Position numbers and translations under genes: made by a program
Notes under the pieces: generated by a model
What the model was told of the DNA's origin: nothing
Databases searched by the model: none
What the model saw: the letters and a program-made list of their open reading frames with translations, nothing else
In this document: one piece after another, positions 17,565-25,515 of the stretch
Position numbering within the stretch: the stretch's first letter is position 1
Layout of the letters: each line of letters begins with the position of its first letter
Source of the DNA: a virus
Virus record (IMG/VR): IMGVR_UViG_3300024978_000002
Length of the DNA: 31,883 nt
Direction: 5' to 3' (one strand)

Positions 17565-18998
17565 ATGTCTTTGAGCCAAACTTCCGTGGCGATGGCCACG
17601 ATCGTCAGTCAGACGCTGGCGGCTAAGGGTCTGGAACTGAAGCCCGTCAACGAAACACCCCTGCAAGAACTCGTTGAACTCTCCACCACTCAGGTGAAGC
17701 TCAATGATAGCATGGTGGTTGGCAACGGTGTACTTGAGCCTCAGGACTTCACGGCAGCGCTGCTGGCTGGTGCCAACGACGCGCCGCAAGAAGGTCAAGA
17801 GTCTGATCACTCGATCCGTATGCGAGAGTCAGCGAGTCTCTTAGCGCGTGTTCTGAACAACACCTTGGACCTGGCACAGAACACCGTGACGCCGATGATC
17901 CAGCGGGTGTTCGACAAGATCGGTGAAACGATCGACAGTAAACTCCAGGCCGCGGGTTGTCCGCTGGAGCTGGTCCAGCAGCGCCCGGATCCGATCTTCA
18001 ACTCTGTGTATCTCGTCGAGTCCGTGGCACGCTATAAGCAGCAGCCGCGTCAGGTGCCGCTGCGCAGCCTGGGGTTAGAAATCGGTGACGTCAATGCACG
18101 TTTGACTACCGGTCATCAAGGCATGGACGAACAACTGGCGGGGTTTGTCGAGCGTCACGGGCAAGACTTCGTCACTTCTGTCTGGAACCAGCTGTTCAAT
18201 TCAGCCCCCGCATCAAGTATGGATGTGTTTGGTCGGACCAGTCAGGCTGACGAGGCTGTGTTGGCGTACTTCTACGCCGCCAAGGCACTTCAGGAAGTCC
18301 CGGCGGGGTTGGATCTGGAACTCTCAGCATGGCGTCAGTACTGCTCCAGTCTGTTGGCTGCGGCCGGTGCCACGATCTGTGCATATCTCGACGAACGTGT
18401 ATTGGCACAAAAGTTCGGTCAGCTTGTGTTGGCCTGGCCGTCGGAACCTGAGCCGCTGGGTAAGATCGTGGTTGACGGTGACAAATACCAGAACTGGCTG
18501 GCCCAGGGTGGCGCCCCAGAACTGATCTTCGCCACGGCTTACGGGGATCGTAAGTTCGATCCACAGACCATGCTGGATCGCGCTGAGAAGCTGCGGGTAG
18601 AGTGGGATCGCACGATGTCGCTGTACACCACCACGATCAACTACAAGCGCTTTGATGCGCTGGTGGAAGGTCTGCGTAGTGCACTGTCCACCGAGATCAA
18701 TGCGTTGCCAGAAAACCAACTCAGCAGCACGCGTGAGATCGCACATACGCGTCTGCGTGAGATCGCTCACGCAGCGAAGCTCGGTGACCTCCAGAACCTC
18801 TGGGCGTTCGTGCGGCACGCGGTGTGCGCGACGCTCTTCAGTCAGACGGACATTGAGTCGCTATTGCTGGCGATCGACGAACAGGGTAAGTCGCGTCCGG
18901 AAACCCCGACGCGCGAACTGGCTCTATATGCAACCATTGAAATCGTCGCCAAATGGTTGTTCGACCAACTCACGGTCGATACCCACCGGACGCGTTGA
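17565..18998 (+). CDS. Conserved jumbo-phage protein (phiKZ gp177-like by synteny)
   Basis: 477-aa ORF in an operon between vRNAP beta and the protease; assignment rests on synteny. Confidence 0.65.
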   Translation: MSLSQTSVAMATIVSQTLAAKGLELKPVNETPLQELVELSTTQVKLNDSMVVGNGVLEPQDFTAALLAGANDAPQEGQESDHSIRMRESASLLARVLNNTLDLAQNTVTPMIQRVFDKIGETIDSKLQAAGCPLELVQQRPDPIFNSVYLVESVARYKQQPRQVPLRSLGLEIGDVNARLTTGHQGMDEQLAGFVERHGQDFVTSVWNQLFNSAPASSMDVFGRTSQADEAVLAYFYAAKALQEVPAGLDLELSAWRQYCSSLLAAAGATICAYLDERVLAQKFGQLVLAWPSEPEPLGKIVVDGDKYQNWLAQGGAPELIFATAYGDRKFDPQTMLDRAEKLRVEWDRTMSLYTTTINYKRFDALVEGLRSALSTEINALPENQLSSTREIAHTRLREIAHAAKLGDLQNLWAFVRHAVCATLFSQTDIESLLLAIDEQGKSRPETPTRELALYATIEIVAKWLFDQLTVDTHRTR

Positions 18999-19004
18999 TA
19001 ATCT

Positions 19005-19730
19005 ATGGATGCGTCGCGTTGGACGCGAGACGCTGGAAAAGTCACGTCCGCACTGGTTAGCCAGGCGGACGGGGCGGTGTTGACCAAGCGTCCCTTAAAG
19101 ATCTATATCCCCGAACGCTACACGGAAAAACAATTAGCGGAAATCGGCAGTGACGTTTTTACCGTCGGGATCTTCGCCATGGTGGTGGACGACACGTTTT
19201 ACAGTGTCTGTAAAGTCAACGCGATGATGCGACTCAAACCCACTACCATTGCTTCGGTCAAGTTTGAAGGGGAATCTTACCTGGAGTTTAGTTTTGACCC
19301 CGGCAGTGTGGTGATTGCTACGAAGGATTTGTTGAAAGATGACACGTTGGTGTATTACGTGTTCAACTACTTCATGTCCAACGGTAAGGTGCCATGGTTT
19401 CTGGGATACGAAGACATGGCGACCTTATTCGATACGGCCGACAAACACGCTGGTGTGGGGTTAGAACGTAGTCATTCCATCCTTGAGATGTTTGCTGCTG
19501 CCATCGCTCGTAATCCACAAAAACGCACACAGTACTGGCGTCATGCATTGGACAACGGGGATACTTACGAGTACCCCACACCTGACTTTATCCCCATGCG
19601 TAACATCACCCTGGGTGCCACGAACACTACGTCGCGTTTAATGGGTTCGTATTGGGCGGATGGCTTGACCTCTGCGTTGGCTAACCCTAGTACCAAACTC
19701 GAACGCGTAGAACAACTTCTGCGCAGTTAA
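19005..19730 (+). CDS. Conserved jumbo-phage protein (phiKZ gp176-like)
   Basis: 241 aa immediately upstream of the protease; GKVPWFLGYED and RLMGSYWADGLTSALANP-type motifs. Confidence 0.7.
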   Translation: MDASRWTRDAGKVTSALVSQADGAVLTKRPLKIYIPERYTEKQLAEIGSDVFTVGIFAMVVDDTFYSVCKVNAMMRLKPTTIASVKFEGESYLEFSFDPGSVVIATKDLLKDDTLVYYVFNYFMSNGKVPWFLGYEDMATLFDTADKHAGVGLERSHSILEMFAAAIARNPQKRTQYWRHALDNGDTYEYPTPDFIPMRNITLGATNTTSRLMGSYWADGLTSALANPSTKLERVEQLLRS

Positions 19731-19739
19731 GGAATGAAC

Positions 19740-20534
19740 ATGAATGGTTTTTCTCTTTCCTGCACCGCGCTCGTCGGTACCAATAAAGCGGGTACGTTGA
19801 AGTGCGATGCTGACGGGTACTACCAGATGGTTTTGGGTGCCCTAGACGTCTATAACTCGGGCGGAGCTTTCTATCCGGAAGCTTCCGCCCGTCATCTGTT
19901 CGCGCAATCCTCATCCCTGATGCGCCGTATTGCTTCGGGTAACCTCCGGGGTGAATGTGGTCACCCTCGCCCTCAACCGGGTTGGTCGATGGACGACTTT
20001 GTCAACCGGGTACGTGACATCTACGAACCGAACGTATGTATGCATATCCGTAAGGTTACGGTAGACTACTCCACATACCGGAACGCCCAAGGTCAGCCGA
20101 TCATCACGATCATTGGTGAAGTCAAGCCGTCTGGTCCCATGGGACCAGCGCTCAAAGAGTCGATTGAGAACCGGCACGAGGACGTGTGTTTCTCGGTTCG
20201 CAGTCTGACCAATGACGTCTACCGCAACGGGCGCGTGGAGAAGAACTTCCGCATGATCGTAACGTGGGATTACGTCAACGAACCCGGACTGGCCCAGGCT
20301 CACAAATGGAATGCGCCGTCGCTGGAGACTTTCAAGGAACTCCCCGATGCGCCGGTGTCCACCGAGGTGTTGGTGGATCGACTTATCCTGCCGGGTCAAC
20401 TCTACGCCATGCAGCAGCGTTCAGTGGCTTCTGGCGTGTCTTTGGAATCGGATCACTCGGTGTCATTGGAGGAATTTGTGGAGGCCGTCTCTGTATTGGA
20501 CGACCAACCCAAACCGCCTTCGGCGAAGTGGTAA
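19740..20534 (+). CDS. Prohead (head maturation) serine protease, phiKZ gp175-like
   Basis: Motifs LRGECGHP (catalytic His), FSVRS (catalytic Ser), TWDYVNEPG, and three C-terminal SLE sites. ATG 19740 fits the AAGGA SD (19734 is an alternative). Confidence 0.88.
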   Translation: MNGFSLSCTALVGTNKAGTLKCDADGYYQMVLGALDVYNSGGAFYPEASARHLFAQSSSLMRRIASGNLRGECGHPRPQPGWSMDDFVNRVRDIYEPNVCMHIRKVTVDYSTYRNAQGQPIITIIGEVKPSGPMGPALKESIENRHEDVCFSVRSLTNDVYRNGRVEKNFRMIVTWDYVNEPGLAQAHKWNAPSLETFKELPDAPVSTEVLVDRLILPGQLYAMQQRSVASGVSLESDHSVSLEEFVEAVSVLDDQPKPPSAKW

Positions 20535-20542
20535 GTAATACC

Positions 20543-20584
20543 AGACCCCTCCCTAACCCACAATAACGGGTTAGGGAGGGGTCT
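20543..20584. terminator. Terminator-like hairpin after the protease operon
   Basis: 17-bp perfect arms AGACCCCTCCCTAACCC / GGGTTAGGGAGGGGTCT with an 8-nt loop. Confidence 0.7.
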
Positions 20585-20601
20585 ATGCGGTTCCATGGGA
20601 A

Positions 20602-20623
20602 TTCAAACCCTTACTATCTATCT
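20602..20623 (+). promoter_or_regulatory. Putative phage promoter motif, copy 1
   Basis: TTCAAACCCTTACTATCTATCT; the 12-mer ACCCTTACTATC is repeated exactly at 21147-21158, and both copies are intergenic and upstream of + strand genes. Confidence 0.5.
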
Positions 20624-20717
20624 GAACCACGCTGCTGTAAAGTTTGACTGCATCGCATACATCTCGTGGGGAATCCACCTCATGTGCCCTTCCATGTTTC
20701 TTAAGGAGAACAGCCGT

Positions 20718-21116
20718 ATGGGTATCGTCACCCGCCAAGAACTGACTCAACTGATCCAGGACTTCGAAACTCGTATCGTATTCACCGCAACACCTGCTCG
20801 CATCCAGAAGTGTCTGCAAAACTACGTCGACAGTATGCGGACGGATCTGACTCAGCATGCGGGTACGCCCTCTCTACAGCTCCGCAGCATGGCTCGCGTA
20901 CTCAGGCACTACTTGGATACCCCCACGACCAAGTACGCGCTCCAGGACGTTCCCTGTGCGCTCTGGATCGCCTGTACTACCCAGGACGCGACCCAGGCCA
21001 TCAAGAAGGCGCGTAACAAGGACTTCTATCGGTTGTTTCCCAACGATCCCGCTGCTGCCGCCAATGGCATGGGTTCCAAGCGTGGGGAAAGTGCGCCTCT
21101 CCAAGCCGTGGGTTAA
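20718..21116 (+). CDS. Hypothetical protein (132 aa)
   Basis: ATG 20718 preceded by AAGGAG; the longer ORF start at 20595 overlaps the putative promoter. Confidence 0.65.
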   Translation: MGIVTRQELTQLIQDFETRIVFTATPARIQKCLQNYVDSMRTDLTQHAGTPSLQLRSMARVLRHYLDTPTTKYALQDVPCALWIACTTQDATQAIKKARNKDFYRLFPNDPAAAANGMGSKRGESAPLQAVG

Positions 21117-21141
21117 CAACAGACTAGGGAATCAACGGGTT

Positions 21142-21163
21142 TTGAGACCCTTACTATCCTGGT
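21142..21163 (+). promoter_or_regulatory. Putative phage promoter motif, copy 2
   Basis: TTGAGACCCTTACTATCCTGGT, about 120 nt upstream of the 21277 gene. Confidence 0.5.
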
Positions 21164-21276
21164 GTCGAAGCCCTGTGGAGGCTTAACGACAGCGCTGTTG
21201 TAACCGCACCACCCTGGCCGGTTTACCCGTCAGGAATCACAGTTGTTTCCCAATCCTAAATCGAAGGAATAATGCA

Positions 21277-21783
21277 ATGGCTGAAGTAATCGAAAAGAAA
21301 GCTGCCGCCGAGAAGGCCACTCCGATGGTGTCCGAAGCGGTCAACGCTCTGGGCAAGGTGTTCGCCAAGAGCTTGAAGGTCGTGAAGCGGGAAGGCGACG
21401 CAAGGGAACTGGACGTCGAAATCGAAGGCGATCTGGCTGCCGACAACCTTCCCGATGACGTCTCGGTGGCGTCGATCAAGCGCCACGAGAAGGTCCGTAG
21501 CGAGATGGTTGCTGCGGGCGTGCGGGCGCTCACCGAAGTTGGTCTGCCGGCCTTGAAGAAGAACAAGGACGCCGAGAAGGTGCACATGTCCTTCAAGTTC
21601 GGCAACGACAAGATCGACCTGGCGTTGGAGCGCGAACGCGAATTCAACGACGGCCAGGGCGGCAAGCTCAAGAAGTACGGTTACGTGAGCCTCGGCTACA
21701 CGGCCACCGGTGCCACCAATGCCGGTGAGTTCAAGAAGGCCAGGCAGATGGCCGCGTCCGAGGCCGAGAAGCTCTTCGGTTAA
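21277..21783 (+). CDS. Hypothetical, probably highly expressed protein (168 aa)
   Basis: AAGGA SD; strong G/C third-position codon bias like the sheath and tube genes; flanked by a promoter-like motif and a terminator. Confidence 0.8.
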   Translation: MAEVIEKKAAAEKATPMVSEAVNALGKVFAKSLKVVKREGDARELDVEIEGDLAADNLPDDVSVASIKRHEKVRSEMVAAGVRALTEVGLPALKKNKDAEKVHMSFKFGNDKIDLALEREREFNDGQGGKLKKYGYVSLGYTATGATNAGEFKKARQMAASEAEKLFG

Positions 21784-21809
21784 GTCTATTCCGAGAAGCT
21801 GCATAAAGG

Positions 21810-21862
21810 TGTAGGGGCGGCCATGGCCGCCCCTACATTTACGTCCCTTCTTTCTTTCTTTC
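21810..21862 (+). terminator. Rho-independent terminator
   Basis: Perfect 28-bp palindrome TGTAGGGGCGGCCATGGCCGCCCCTACA (21810-21837), preceded by CATAAA and followed by TTT and a pyrimidine tract. Confidence 0.75.
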
Positions 21863-21881
21863 ACACGTCAAGGAGTCAGCG

Positions 21882-22046
21882 GTGGTAACGACGACAACTC
21901 CACGGACCATCGACCGTGTACGTGCTATGTTGCGTGAGCGCTACACACCCAGTCAGATCGCCACCGAACTCCAAACGACACTTAAGCGCGCCCAGGCGCT
22001 CGTGGCGGAAGTCCGTCGTCAAACTCGATCTCAAGTGAAGAGGTGA
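21882..22046 (+). CDS. Small helix-turn-helix protein (54 aa; below the ORF-track cutoff)
   Basis: AAGGAG SD at 21870-21875, GTG start. MVTTTTPRTIDRVRAMLRERYTPSQIATELQTTLKRAQALVAEVRRQTRSQVKR; its stop abuts the next gene. Confidence 0.65.
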   Translation: MVTTTTPRTIDRVRAMLRERYTPSQIATELQTTLKRAQALVAEVRRQTRSQVKR

Positions 22047-22052
22047 TTGATT

Positions 22053-22472
22053 TTGAAAATTGCCACGATTCAGGTTTCCAAATGGCGACTAGCAAAAGAT
22101 CGTGGGTTTCGGCTCATGGATACCACGGTAAAGTCAGGATACTCGTTATTCAGTCCTACGTGGGACTTAGTGCTCGGCGTGAAACAAGGGTCGATCACTG
22201 AAGATGAGTACGCTAGGCAATACCGCGATCTTCTGATACACTCCTGGCGTTCCCAACGTCAGAAATGGATGGACTTCCTAAATGATAACGAAGAGTACTA
22301 CGCTCTGGCGTGTTACTGCCGCTATCGAAACGAAGACGGGTCTGTCAAGTTCTGTCACCGACATCTCCTTGTGAAGTTCTTAGAAAAACTCTGCTCTCAG
22401 TTGAAATTGCCGTTCGAATACTACGGTGAACTCACCGACGAGATATCAAAGGAAGACAGTCATGGACACTGA
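22053..22472 (+). CDS. DUF488-like family protein
   Basis: FSPTWDLV...EDEYARQY...LACYC...FCHRHLL pattern typical of DUF488/YeaO-like proteins. TTG start behind GAGGTG (22047 is an alternative). Confidence 0.65.
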   Translation: MKIATIQVSKWRLAKDRGFRLMDTTVKSGYSLFSPTWDLVLGVKQGSITEDEYARQYRDLLIHSWRSQRQKWMDFLNDNEEYYALACYCRYRNEDGSVKFCHRHLLVKFLEKLCSQLKLPFEYYGELTDEISKEDSHGH

Positions 22473-22638
22473 TCTTGATTCTCCTGTAATTCAGTTAGAG
22501 AACGACCGTCTACTGACAAGATTTGTCATGACCGATAGCAAGTTCTTTCGTCTCTATGGGACAAAGAGCACTAAGGAAGCGTTGCTTCCTGACCAAGAAC
22601 AACTCATCTCTTTCCAACAAACAGGTGGACTACCGTGA
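22462..22638 (+). CDS. Small hypothetical protein (58 aa)
   Basis: ATG 22462 with AAGGA SD; overlaps both neighbours (GTGA overlap with 22635). Confidence 0.5.
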   Translation: MDTDLDSPVIQLENDRLLTRFVMTDSKFFRLYGTKSTKEALLPDQEQLISFQQTGGLP

Positions 22639-23099
22639 TTCATCTTGCTGCCGCACCCTTTGCCCAGAAAGTCTTCGCTCTGGTCAATCTGAGTTGGTTT
22701 TCGAAACGGGCGAAAAAGACGTCGACCCTACCGGCGCCTCTACCCACGCAACAGCCCATCACGGATCAACGTTATTTCATCGAGAACGAGTTGTCGGAAC
22801 TCGCTTACAAACTCGGTATGCATCTGGAAGAACTTGAGAGTTATCAACTGCTGCGGCAGGCCGTTGAAAATCCCGAGAAAGCCCATTTCATCACCCTGTC
22901 GGGACCGGGGTTTGAGGAATATGTCCTACCGGACAATCTAACACAGATGGTCGTGTGGGTGAGAACCCCACAGTTGCCAGAAGACTTCCGGGCGACCTTG
23001 GTACATTTCGTCATGACGTTCGACGATCTCGAAGGTCACGTTCGCTCACTCTCCCATGCAAGGTGGGAACAACTGAGGGTTTGGATTCATGAACGCTGA
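22635..23099 (+). CDS. Hypothetical protein (154 aa)
   Basis: Overlapping ORF within the accessory operon. Confidence 0.65.
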   Translation: MIHLAAAPFAQKVFALVNLSWFSKRAKKTSTLPAPLPTQQPITDQRYFIENELSELAYKLGMHLEELESYQLLRQAVENPEKAHFITLSGPGFEEYVLPDNLTQMVVWVRTPQLPEDFRATLVHFVMTFDDLEGHVRSLSHARWEQLRVWIHER

Positions 23100-23499
23100 T
23101 GAAGCTCAAGAAGAAGTCGAACTCGCTATCTCTCCACTCGACGAGCCACCAAAACCCTTGATTGAGTTGACGGTGGAAGAAGCTTCGATCGTTGCGACTT
23201 GGTCGTTGGACGGATGGGTGTATAGCCTTTACGCTTATCTTTTCGGTGATATCGAAAAAGTGTGGTTTGAGGATGTCTTGGCCGATCTCACGGATAAACG
23301 TGAAGCGCTGATTCGAGAGATCGTGGTGGACAACCAACCGTATCTCGAAACGATCTACCGTTACTTGTCCGATGGTATCGACCCGGATTTCACACCAGGG
23401 ACGTTCGAATCATTCTCCGATGACATCAAACAGTATCTGCAACGTCGTCACCCTCTCCAGTTAGCCGTGATTCGGCCCTTGACTACGGAGTCGGACTGA
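23089..23499 (+). CDS. Hypothetical acidic protein (136 aa)
   Basis: GAGG SD; overlapping ORF; TGATG coupling to the next gene. Confidence 0.65.
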   Translation: MNADEAQEEVELAISPLDEPPKPLIELTVEEASIVATWSLDGWVYSLYAYLFGDIEKVWFEDVLADLTDKREALIREIVVDNQPYLETIYRYLSDGIDPDFTPGTFESFSDDIKQYLQRRHPLQLAVIRPLTTESD

Positions 23500-24140
23500 T
23501 GACGATCGTTTGTTGGGATGGTGTGTCGTTAGCGGCAGATCGTCAACGCACCAAACGCGATGCTGCTGGGGAGCGTCGGGTGATAAGTCTGGAAGCCACC
23601 AAAATCCTTCACCTCAAAGGTTCGAAGGCTCTGTTCGCTAGCGAACCGATCTATGCGCTAGGACGCGCAGGGAACGTTGGGGTGACGAAGCGGTTGATAG
23701 AGGCAGTGTCCCACGGTAAGGACCTCGCAAAGCCCTCAGACGCTCTTCAGAAGCGTCTGAGGGACTATGTCGGATCTAAAGAGTCCCGTGGATCGTTACT
23801 CTTACTCTCAGAAACACATACTTTCGTTGTCCGTTTCAGTACCGCTCGTGGAATCCACCACCGCGTTTTCGACCGCCGTACACCAGTAGCGATTGGTCAA
23901 GGTAGTCTCACCGCCACTTGGATGTTAGTCGCTTTGAGGTTACCCGCGGAGTTGGCTGTCTACGGTATGCACCTCTACACTCCTGCAGTAGGAGGTGGGG
24001 TGTTGGTGGCTAAAGGAACTAAACTACGTTCGGTAGACTGGGATCAACCTTTCTCTTTCACGACCATAAGTCCTCAGGCGATTGCTGCCAAAGCTTTCCG
24101 ACTCAATGTCTTTCAACACTTGGAGCAATGTCATGAGTGA
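23499..24140 (+). CDS. Ntn-hydrolase fold protein (HslV/proteasome-beta-like), possibly degenerate
   Basis: MTIVCWDGVSLAADRQ N-terminus, conserved Lys (ATKI), GRAG, AIGQG (cf. AIGSG), GGGV near the C-terminus. Confidence 0.65.
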   Translation: MTIVCWDGVSLAADRQRTKRDAAGERRVISLEATKILHLKGSKALFASEPIYALGRAGNVGVTKRLIEAVSHGKDLAKPSDALQKRLRDYVGSKESRGSLLLLSETHTFVVRFSTARGIHHRVFDRRTPVAIGQGSLTATWMLVALRLPAELAVYGMHLYTPAVGGGVLVAKGTKLRSVDWDQPFSFTTISPQAIAAKAFRLNVFQHLEQCHE

Positions 24141-24348
24141 TGGATCCCTTCCTAATCCCTGGTTTGACATCACCCAGTACAGTCCCGAGGAACTCTCCGC
24201 TATTCTGCAAGCGGCAGGGTCATTTATTCGCCATTACCAGGCCGGAGAGGCAAAAGGTGGCTCGGTGTCCTGGGAAGACCTCGACGGCGTCTATCAGTAC
24301 CTCGTGGAAAAAGTCCCTCGACTGAAAGAAGCAATGCCGCCGTTCTGA
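24133..24348 (+). CDS. Small hypothetical protein (71 aa)
   Basis: ATG 24133 with GGAG SD; followed by a terminator hairpin. Confidence 0.6.
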   Translation: MSDGSLPNPWFDITQYSPEELSAILQAAGSFIRHYQAGEAKGGSVSWEDLDGVYQYLVEKVPRLKEAMPPF

Positions 24349-24357
24349 CAGCATAAA

Positions 24358-24383
24358 ACCCCTCCCCTTTGACAGGGAGGGGT
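24358..24383. terminator. Terminator-like hairpin ending the accessory operon
   Basis: ACCCCTCCC / GGGAGGGGT arms, preceded by CATAAA. Confidence 0.6.
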
Positions 24384-24524
24384 GGGGTCCCAAGGGGTAG
24401 CTATCCTTGGATCGGGTCAGACAGCGGTAAGAAGAGAGAAGAGAGATTTCACCGCTGTCTATCCAGATAGCCTGCAAGACTACTGTCTTGCTCAAAGGAT
24501 AACGCTCTGACGAAAACGGAACAA

Positions 24525-24560
24525 CATAAACCAGAGGGTACCCTTGCGGGTACCCTCTGG
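24525..24560 (-). terminator. Terminator of the sheath-tube operon
   Basis: CCAGAGGGTACCC-TTGC-GGGTACCCTCTGG with 13-bp arms; reads hairpin-TTTATGTTGTT on the minus strand. Confidence 0.8.
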
Positions 24561-24586
24561 AAACGTATGTCGTTTTTTCTTTTGCC

Positions 24587-25465
24587 TTACGGCATGGTGT
24601 TGCCTGAGGTAGCGACCTTCCGTAGCTGTTCAGTATATCCGTTCATCGAATCCCGCACGTACGGGTCGATCTCCGAGGTGAAGGCATTCTGGAGATTGGG
24701 GTTCATGCCATTCAAAGACATGGCCGTCAGGCGGCTCTGTGCGAAGGCTGTTACGCGAAGGCCGACCTGCGTCAGGGCGGTGAACTCCACGCTGTAGTCC
24801 TGCGACTCGCCACCTTGAGTCAGGTCACGACGACCTGTGTTCTCAGCTACCTGGTTGTTCGGACGCATGTTCGTGCACAGCCAAGCCTTACCGTTGGTCA
24901 CCTTGGTGAACGTCGGGTCAGGCTCAAAGAACAACATCGTGGCGCCCGTGTAATCAGGGAGGAGATCCGACGGGCGACGACCCGTGGCGATAATACCCGG
25001 GGCCTTGCTGATCGGATCCATCATCAACATCTGCACCCAGCCGTCCAGGAACGCACGGACCGGAGCACCATACTTCTCGGTCCACACAAAAGTGGGAGTC
25101 GAGCGAGCACGGGTGACGTTGGAGATATCCTGCTGCATCTCGCCAGCACCGCCGACGGGGTTCTCAACGTGTTCCACCGTCAGCGTGGACTGCAGGCCTT
25201 CAATGGACTTGATGTGCAGTTCGACCAGGCTCTTCAGAGTCTGTTCCCAGACTTCCGGATTCGCCAGGTCCCGGAAACCGCGTGGTGCGCGGACCAGCTG
25301 ACAGATGATGTTACGCCGCACGTAGGCGGAGTTGGCTTCGATGCCAGAAAAGTCCGTGACCGGACCATTCTGGCCGCCGATCTGGAGATTCACCATCGGT
25401 GCTTCGGAGTACTGGCCGTAAGCCTGACCTCCAAGGATGGTGTTCTGCAAACGCGTGTTACTCAT
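24587..25465 (-). CDS. Tail tube protein (phiKZ gp30-like)
   Basis: 292 aa directly downstream of the sheath; YVRRNII, VGGAGEMQ and FFEPDPT motifs; highly expressed codon bias. Confidence 0.85.
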   Translation of the reverse strand: MSNTRLQNTILGGQAYGQYSEAPMVNLQIGGQNGPVTDFSGIEANSAYVRRNIICQLVRAPRGFRDLANPEVWEQTLKSLVELHIKSIEGLQSTLTVEHVENPVGGAGEMQQDISNVTRARSTPTFVWTEKYGAPVRAFLDGWVQMLMMDPISKAPGIIATGRRPSDLLPDYTGATMLFFEPDPTFTKVTNGKAWLCTNMRPNNQVAENTGRRDLTQGGESQDYSVEFTALTQVGLRVTAFAQSRLTAMSLNGMNPNLQNAFTSEIDPYVRDSMNGYTEQLRKVATSGNTMP

Positions 25466-25515
25466 GGTTTAGTTCCTCGAGAAACGTGGAGTGGGTAATG
25501 GGCCAGAGAAGCGGC

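Noticed and set aside
20595-20717. N-terminal extension of the 173-aa ORF
   Set aside because: It overlaps the putative promoter; the strong AAGGAG SD points to ATG 20718.
21256-21864. 202-aa antisense ORF opposite the 168-aa gene
   Set aside because: Shadow ORF caused by strong codon bias; it crosses a terminator.
24508-24564. Possible hammerhead ribozyme (CTGACGA ... hairpin ... GAAAC)
   Set aside because: CTGACGA is about 16 nt away from the stem, stems I and III were not found, and the hairpin is explained as the tube-operon terminator.
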